From NCBI GenBank assembly GCA_043750125.1, contig JAYVCD010000380.1, forward strand, positions 1-24,592: a DNA stretch of 24,592 nt. The letters run 5' to 3'. Shown piece by piece: positions 18,927-24,592 of this stretch. The notes under the pieces were generated by a model. The model was not told the DNA's origin. It saw nothing but the letters and a program-made list of their open reading frames with translations, and did not search any database. The DNA is from Archangiaceae bacterium (lineage in GTDB: Bacteria; Myxococcota; Myxococcia; Myxococcales; Myxococcaceae). The translations under genes and the position numbers were made by a program. Each line of letters opens with the position of its first letter. Positions within the stretch are counted from its first letter, which is position 1.

Positions 18927-19301
18927 CTACTTTTTCCGACGCGCTTGCTTCGCTTCGTAGGTGACGTTCACCCGGGTGGCGATGCCTCCGCGAATGAACC
19001 AGTCGCCCTCGACCTGCACCCGTCGGGGGTGGGTCACCTTCACCACGTCATCGAGAATCTTGTTGGTGACCGCCTCGTGGAAGGCGCCTTCGTTGCGGTA
19101 GCTCCAGAGGTACATCTTCAGGCTCTTGAGCTCGACGCACAGCTTGTCCGGCACGTAGCGAATGGTGAAGCGGGCGAAGTCCGGCTGTCCGGTCAACGGG
19201 CACAGGCAGGTGAACTCGGGACAATCGAACGAAATCTCGTAGTCGCGGTCGGAGGCAGGGTTCGGAAAGGTGTCGAGCTGCTTGGAAGGTTTGGTTGGCA
19301 T
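18927..19301 (-). CDS. queF: NADPH-dependent 7-cyano-7-deazaguanine (preQ0) reductase, unimodular type
   Basis: [16 protein letters not shown], the QueF motif [21 protein letters not shown], and RGGI. Confidence 0.96.
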   Translation of the reverse strand: MPTKPSKQLDTFPNPASDRDYEISFDCPEFTCLCPLTGQPDFARFTIRYVPDKLCVELKSLKMYLWSYRNEGAFHEAVTNKILDDVVKVTHPRRVQVEGDWFIRGGIATRVNVTYEAKQARRKK

Positions 19302-19315
19302 GCTAGGACTCAGGT

Positions 19316-19633
19316 GTGAGCGACATTCGACGGCAGGGCAAGCGGATCTCGCTTTCCGTCATCTTCAGCGGGGGCGGAGCAGCGACCAACCTCGACGGTC
19401 GGGTGACCGATCTCTCGCAGGTGGGGCTCTTTCTGGCCACCAAACATTTCATTCCCTTAGGTCAAATGGTGCACCTCGAGTTCGACCTTCCGACCGGGCA
19501 CGTCGAGGCGATGGGCGAGGTGCGGTGGATCGCGCGCGGGGCCCACGTCGCCGAGCAGGGCCTGGGAATCCGTTTTCTGCGCCTGTCGTCCGAAGCGGCC
19601 CAGGCGATTGATCTCGCGATCGACGCCGCTTGA
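19316..19633 (+). CDS. Stand-alone PilZ domain protein (c-di-GMP receptor)
   Basis: RxxxR (RRQGKR) and DxSxxG (DLSQVGLFL), V.LEF.LP, GEVRW, GLGIRF. Confidence 0.9.
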   Translation: MSDIRRQGKRISLSVIFSGGGAATNLDGRVTDLSQVGLFLATKHFIPLGQMVHLEFDLPTGHVEAMGEVRWIARGAHVAEQGLGIRFLRLSSEAAQAIDLAIDAA

Positions 19634-19636
19634 AGC

Positions 19637-21364
19637 TCAGGCCGCGGACTTCACCGCCACGTTCGACAACGCGGTGACCACTTCGGCCAGGCTCGGCACC
19701 ACCACGTCCGCCCCCGCCGCGCGAAAGCGCACCGCCGCCCGGGCTGCCTCGTCCCGGGTCCGGTCCGGCCGCAGCACGATCACCGTCAGCTTCGGGTAGC
19801 GCTCCTTCAACTTCCGGCACAGCTCCCGCGCCGGAGTGCCGCCCTTGGGAGGAAGCGCCGCCAGCACCACCGCGGTCGGGGCCCGGGTCGACAGCTCACG
19901 CAGATCCATTTTGGATCCCACGATGTCCAGTGGCCCCAGGTGCTGCGGCAAGGCCACGCTCAACATCTGCAGCATCAGCTCGCTCTCGGTTCCAGTCGCG
20001 AGGCCAATAAGCTGGGTTCGGCCTGGCCCCCGCGCTTCGCCCTGCATCTGCTGAACGTTTTCGCGGGTCGCTTCGACCAGGTGGGCGAGGTCTTCGTCGG
20101 TGATTTCCGCGCGGTCCCGCTCGTGGGTCGCCAGCACCAGCGCCGGCAGCATCACCTGGTCCATCACCCCCAGCGGGGACAAGGTCGGCATCAGCTTCTG
20201 CGCAATCTCACTCGCCTCGTCTTCATCGTGGGCCAACAGCCGCTGGTAGTAGGTGACCTCGGGCCCGAGCACCTCTTCGTCGCCCAGGACCACGGCCAGA
20301 AACCGCAGCGAAGACAGGTGGCGCCCGAGCACGGCCAGCGACACCGTCAGCGGAGTCGACAGCACCAGCCCAATCGGCCCCCACAGCCAGACCCAGAACA
20401 ACGTCGAGACCAGCAGCGCGATCGCCGTCACGCCGGTGCGGTGGCCAATCAGAATTGGCTCGATGAAGTAGGCGGTCACCACGTCCAGCCCCGCGAAGAG
20501 AAGAATGGTGAGCCCCACCTGGGTCCAACTGGGAAAGAGCGCGAACGCCATCGTCGCCGGAAGCAGCGCCGCCGCCAGCGAGCCCAGGTACGGCACGAAC
20601 CGCAGCACCGCCGCGAAAGAGCCCCACAGCACCGGGTAGGGAATTCCAATCACGTACAGCCCGAAAGCGACCAGCGCGCCGAGGCTGGCGTTGATCAACA
20701 GCTGCGCCACCAGGTACCGACTGATGCGATGCCCCGCTTCGTCCAGGGTGCGGGTGGTGAGGGTGACGTTTCGGGGGCCCGCCAGTCGAATCACCCGGTT
20801 CCTCAAGTCCTCTCGATGGCTCAAGAAAAAGAGCGTGAGCACGAAGATGATGCCCACCCCCGCCAGGGGTGACGCGTAGGGGCCGACCCCTTCTTTCAGA
20901 CGCGAGACCGCCGAGGCCTCGGCCGGAACCGTGCGCACCGTTTCAATCGGAGGGCCGATTCTGCGATCCAACCCGGCGGTGACCCGCTCGAAGGTGGTCT
21001 CGAGCTTGGCCAGCGGGCCGTTGGTCCCCAGTTCCAGCGCCAACACCCGCTTCCGCATCGAATCGGTGTACTGCGAGACCTTGTCGGCCAGGTCGTTGAC
21101 CTCGATCACCAAAAAGGCGCTGAAGCCCCCGACGGCCCCCAGCGCCACCACCATCACCAGCGCGAGGGCGACCATCCGGGGCACTCCCCATTTGATCAGC
21201 GCCTTGAGAGGAGCGGTGAGGATGAAGGCGAGAATGAAGGCGATTGCGATCGGCACCACCACGTCTCGCGCCACCGACAGAATGCCGATGATCAGCACCA
21301 CCGTCGCCAGTCGAACCAGTACAGGCAACCCGCGAAACAGGGACGGCGGAATGATCGGCTCCAT
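19637..21364 (-). CDS. AI-2E family transporter with a C-terminal cytoplasmic extension
   Basis: PIAIAFILAFIL.AP, DLRNRVIRLAG, ISRYL.AQL.IN, LRFVPYLG, IEP.L.G, FW.WLWGPIGLVLSTPLTV.L.VLGRH, followed by about 200 soluble residues. Start at ATG 21364. Confidence 0.9.
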   Translation of the reverse strand: MEPIIPPSLFRGLPVLVRLATVVLIIGILSVARDVVVPIAIAFILAFILTAPLKALIKWGVPRMVALALVMVVALGAVGGFSAFLVIEVNDLADKVSQYTDSMRKRVLALELGTNGPLAKLETTFERVTAGLDRRIGPPIETVRTVPAEASAVSRLKEGVGPYASPLAGVGIIFVLTLFFLSHREDLRNRVIRLAGPRNVTLTTRTLDEAGHRISRYLVAQLLINASLGALVAFGLYVIGIPYPVLWGSFAAVLRFVPYLGSLAAALLPATMAFALFPSWTQVGLTILLFAGLDVVTAYFIEPILIGHRTGVTAIALLVSTLFWVWLWGPIGLVLSTPLTVSLAVLGRHLSSLRFLAVVLGDEEVLGPEVTYYQRLLAHDEDEASEIAQKLMPTLSPLGVMDQVMLPALVLATHERDRAEITDEDLAHLVEATRENVQQMQGEARGPGRTQLIGLATGTESELMLQMLSVALPQHLGPLDIVGSKMDLRELSTRAPTAVVLAALPPKGGTPARELCRKLKERYPKLTVIVLRPDRTRDEAARAAVRFRAAGADVVVPSLAEVVTALSNVAVKSAA

Positions 21365-21509
21365 AAGACTCAATCCCACAGCACAAACGATGCCGTGAGC
21401 CTGGGCCCGTGGGCTCACCCTTCTCGAGTGGTGCTTTTTGTCTCTTTTGAGGCAGGAACGTTATGGTGCCCGGCCGTTCTGGCCGGGTGAGCTTTTAAGG
21501 GGAAATCCG

Positions 21510-23036
21510 ATGCGCCGTCTTTCGATGTTGTTGGCCGCCGTGGCCATGTCTTGCAGCAGTGGCAACCCGAGCTCCAGTCCGCTCGCCTTCTGTTCCGAGC
21601 TGGCCACCCGGTACTGCGATCAGCAGATCAGCTGCAGCAAAATCGCTTCCTCGCACCGCAAAGACTGTATCGAGAGCGTTCGGGTCAACCTGTGCGGAGT
21701 GCGCGCCAACGAGTCGAGCCGCGCCCTGTTCAAGCTGAACGAGAAGCTGACGACGAAATGTCTGGCCGACCTGAAGAGCACCGGATGCTCGCGCGAAGGC
21801 GCCTACCTGGACGGTGCGTGTCTGGCCGCCATCGAGCCGGCGATCGCCGCGGGTGGGAAGTGTGAGACCGATTCTCATTGCCGCGACGCCAACGACCGCT
21901 GCATCGGGGTCGGCTGTGATCGCACCTGCCAGGCGGCGGGCCTGGCAGGCCAGCCCTGCCGTCCTTCAGCCGCGGGCATCGGCAGCTGCAACCCGGGCCT
22001 CACCTGCGACGCGAGTGGTCAGTGCTCGAAGGGCGGGGTCACGGGCGCCGATTGCTCGGCCTTGCTTCCGTGCGACGGCGACAACTTCTGCGAGCCGATG
22101 AGCGACAAGTGCGTGGCGCTTCCTTCCGCGGGGCAGACGTGCCGGTTTGGCTTTCCGCAGTGCGCCGAGGCCGCCTACTGCGCGGCGGTCAGCTGCTCCG
22201 CACGCCTCGGAGTCGGCTCGATGTGCGTCGTCTCCAATCAGTGCGTCGTCGGCACCAGCTGCCGGGCTGGCACCTGCCAGTCTCTGGCGGCTGAAGGCGC
22301 GGCGTGCATGCAGTCGGCAGATTGCGCGACCGCGCTTTCCTGCGACGTAGTCACCCTCACCTGCCAGACGGCCAAGCGGGCGTACTTCGAAGAGGCGTGC
22401 ACCAGCACCAGCCGCTGCTACGGCGGCCTGACTTGCCGGAACCTCAAGCCGGCACGAGGGGGCGCTGCGGGGTCCCCGGGCGTGTGCGGGATCGGAATTT
22501 CGGGCGACACCTGCTTCTCTTCTCAGGGCTGCCCTCCGGGAAATTTCTGCCAGCTGCCGGCGACCGTGGGAGAGCCGGGAACCTGCACCGCTTCGGCGGG
22601 GGGAACGATGTGCGGCGCCGATGATGACTGCTCCGAGAGCGATGCCTGCCACGTCTCGGATCGCAAGTGCGTCACGCGCGCCTCGCTGGGAAGCAGCTGC
22701 GCCCAGGTCAGCTGCGTCGAGAACGGTTCCTGCGTCCGTCGCGGCGCGGCTCAAATCTGCGTCGAGCTGGCCGACACCGGCGGGGTTTGCAGCAACGACA
22801 TGGTCCAGGCGATTCCCTGCCGCGGGCCGTTGATCTGCGCGCGCAGCATCTGCATCTCTTCGGGCCGAAAAGGCGAGGCGTGCCTGGGCAGCGCGACGAT
22901 GGGCAGCTGCTTTGCCGGGGCCTGCATCGAAGGCGTCTGTGGAGACCAGCGCCCCGATGGCGCCACCTGCAAGCAGGACTCAGATTGCGTCAACTCCACG
23001 TGCGAACGGGGCATCTGCGTTCAGCAGTGCCGGTAG
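21510..23036 (+). CDS. Cysteine-rich repeat lipoprotein (Dickkopf-N-like 4-Cys modules), 508 aa
   Basis: AAGGGGA SD, signal MRRLSMLLAAVAMS-C (lipobox). 63 Cys by manual count, with 13 modules of the form G..C-x4-9-C-x4-6-C-x4-16-C. Confidence 0.87.
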   Translation: MRRLSMLLAAVAMSCSSGNPSSSPLAFCSELATRYCDQQISCSKIASSHRKDCIESVRVNLCGVRANESSRALFKLNEKLTTKCLADLKSTGCSREGAYLDGACLAAIEPAIAAGGKCETDSHCRDANDRCIGVGCDRTCQAAGLAGQPCRPSAAGIGSCNPGLTCDASGQCSKGGVTGADCSALLPCDGDNFCEPMSDKCVALPSAGQTCRFGFPQCAEAAYCAAVSCSARLGVGSMCVVSNQCVVGTSCRAGTCQSLAAEGAACMQSADCATALSCDVVTLTCQTAKRAYFEEACTSTSRCYGGLTCRNLKPARGGAAGSPGVCGIGISGDTCFSSQGCPPGNFCQLPATVGEPGTCTASAGGTMCGADDDCSESDACHVSDRKCVTRASLGSSCAQVSCVENGSCVRRGAAQICVELADTGGVCSNDMVQAIPCRGPLICARSICISSGRKGEACLGSATMGSCFAGACIEGVCGDQRPDGATCKQDSDCVNSTCERGICVQQCR

Positions 23037-23040
23037 TCGG

Positions 23041-23181
23041 TTAGCGCCAGGGGTGCCCACAGCCATGAAAGTGGATGTGGGCCCTGGGCACCCAGGGCAT
23101 CACGGGGCGAGTGCGGACCAGACAGCCGCTGGCCCCCAACATCGTCAGCACAGCGATCGCAAGCAGGGGAAATCGTTTCAT
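23041..23181 (-). CDS. Putative 46-aa lipoprotein with an HxHxxGCGH motif (not in the ORF track)
   Basis: Manual translation: MKRFPLLAIAVLTMLGASGCLVRTRPVMPWVPRAHIHFHGCGHPWR*. Basic N-region, hydrophobic core and ASG-C lipobox. It fits the gap between the flanking genes without overlap. Confidence 0.72.
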   Translation of the reverse strand: MKRFPLLAIAVLTMLGASGCLVRTRPVMPWVPRAHIHFHGCGHPWR

Positions 23182-23217
23182 CTCCGATGAACACTCGGGG
23201 GTGCGAATCGTTGCGGG

Positions 23218-23967
23218 TCAGGCGGGGGGGTGCATCGCCCACCAGCTGGTCGGGGCCAGGTCGCGCGCGTCGAGCCATTCTTTTGCTTTGGGCGACACGA
23301 AGGCTTCGAGCTCGATTTCGCGCTGGGCCGAGTAGCCGCTCTTCAAGGTAATCGGGGCGTAGCCGGGGTGGCACATCAGCTCGACCGTTCCTTGCGCGGG
23401 CAGCGCCCACAAATGGGTGCGCAGCCGTTCGGAGGTCCAGTACGGCTGCTCGCCCGCCTCGCCGATGAATTCGTCGTTCGTCACCACCCCACGCCCCTTG
23501 AGGGCGCGCCGCATTCCGGGCTCGATGCTTCGCAGCGGCAGCTTGTGGCGCAGCGCGAGGCGAATCAGCGCCTCGAGCACGTTCGGGTGTTTGTGAAGGT
23601 GCTTGTGGACATCGAGGTGGGAAGCGCCGCGACCGGTGAGCAGCTTCAGCCGGTCGAGCTGCGCCTGGGCTTCGGCCTCGATCACCTCGGTCGGAAGCTC
23701 GATCACCCGCCCTTCGAGCCAACCGCCGTCGGGGCCGAGCAGGCATTTGGGGACCTTCGAGACCGGGGGCCAGCGCGCCAGATTGACGTGAAGTCCGATT
23801 CCGAGCGCGGTCCCCAGCACCTTCTTCCCCGCGTCTTCGCTGTGAGGGCCGTTGACGATCATCGTCGTCGAGCTGACGATGCCCAGGTTCATCGCCTCGA
23901 GAATTCCCCGCGTGACGGCCGGGTCGTAGCCGAGATCATCGGCGTTGATGATCAGGGTCGCGGTCAT
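23218..23967 (-). CDS. ChbG/YdjC/HpnK family carbohydrate deacetylase
   Basis: LIINADDLG, GIVSSTTMIVN, IGLHVNL, HLDVHKHLH, ELMCHPG, RE.EL. ATG 23967 is ATGA-coupled to the TPR gene. Confidence 0.92.
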   Translation of the reverse strand: MTATLIINADDLGYDPAVTRGILEAMNLGIVSSTTMIVNGPHSEDAGKKVLGTALGIGLHVNLARWPPVSKVPKCLLGPDGGWLEGRVIELPTEVIEAEAQAQLDRLKLLTGRGASHLDVHKHLHKHPNVLEALIRLALRHKLPLRSIEPGMRRALKGRGVVTNDEFIGEAGEQPYWTSERLRTHLWALPAQGTVELMCHPGYAPITLKSGYSAQREIELEAFVSPKAKEWLDARDLAPTSWWAMHPPA

Positions 23968-24592
23968 GGCTTGGGGGTGCAGCGGCTGAGCAGGGCGGGG
24001 GAGTCTTTGACAAAACGGGTGCTGATCTTCTTGCGCGTCTCGCTGAGCGTCACCGCCTGGGTCTGCGCTTCCAGCTCGCACAGCGCGATCAACGCCCGCG
24101 GATCATCGGCGGCGGCGAGCCGGTCGGCCTCGAGGTACGACTCGCGGGCGTTCTTCACCTCGCCCTGTTGGTACTGCACCGTGCCCAGGTAGTAGTGGCC
24201 CACCATCAGCCCGGGCGATTTCTTCAGCGCCCGCTTCAGCAATGTCGCGGCTTCCTCGAAGTTCTTTTGGCGGTAGCGAACAAACGCCAGCTCGGCGGCT
24301 GCGGTGGAATCGAATTCTCGGCTCAGCACCGCGGTGAGCGCCTTCGCCGCTTCCTCGAGGCGTCCGGCCTGCGAAAACAAGTAGCCCTGGCGGATCAGCA
24401 GCGAAGTCGAAGACTTCTTCTTGATCGCGCGGGTGAGCGCTTCGAGCGCCCCGGACGCATCGCCCTGCGCCTCGCGCAAAGACGCCAGAGCCAGGTTCGC
24501 GGCCGGATCCTCGGGCATCAACGCATCTGCGCGCGCCAAAGCCGCTTCGGCCCGTTTTCCCTTTCGCAGCGCACTGGCCGCGCGGCCCTCGA
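23964..24592 (-). CDS. Tetratricopeptide repeat protein, C-terminal part (starts beyond the window)
   Basis: Frame is open to the window edge. Repeated TPR helices (ANLALASL...G...GA...L..A; GHYYLG.V....G....A...Y..A). Confidence 0.85.
   Translation of the reverse strand, partial: EGRAASALRKGKRAEAALARADALMPEDPAANLALASLREAQGDASGALEALTRAIKKKSSTSLLIRQGYLFSQAGRLEEAAKALTAVLSREFDSTAAAELAFVRYRQKNFEEAATLLKRALKKSPGLMVGHYYLGTVQYQQGEVKNARESYLEADRLAAADDPRALIALCELEAQTQAVTLSETRKKISTRFVKDSPALLSRCTPKP

Noticed and set aside
19302-19420. preQ1 riboswitch upstream of queF
   Set aside because: This region is PilZ coding sequence and lacks the preQ1 stem and A-rich tail.
21455-21478. GGAAC-N15-CGTT ECF-like promoter before the Cys-rich lipoprotein
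   Set aside because: The spacer is shorter than the usual 16-17 nt and there is no matching site before the local sigma gene. It may be chance.

Overview
High-GC window of about 23 densely packed genes that looks like Myxococcota chromosome (64-heptad-class MCP, AgmX/PglI-type C-terminal domain, stand-alone PilZ, Cys-rich lipoprotein; the taxonomy is inferred). Recognisable genes: 3' end of astA, an M23 peptidase, a YdcF/DUF218 protein, a transglutaminase-like secreted protein, DUF2277, an alpha/beta hydrolase, an ICMT/LmtA-like methyltransferase, an ECF sigma/anti-sigma pair, a DHCW cupin, a ~1775-aa membrane protein broken by two one-base frameshifts, a lower-GC orphan, queF, PilZ, an AI-2E transporter, a Cys-rich lipoprotein, a ChbG/YdjC deacetylase and a partial TPR gene. 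The most striking item is a chemoreceptor (3346-6480) with no periplasmic sensor but a whole family-5 (OppA/DppA-like) solute-binding domain fused after its signalling hairpin, which places it in the cytoplasm. Also notable: a 29-bp REP-like element that has entered two coding sequences, and a 46-aa His/Cys-motif lipoprotein gene missing from the ORF track. No rRNA, tRNA, CRISPR array, transposase or integrase was seen. All calls come from reading motifs by eye; no database search was run.
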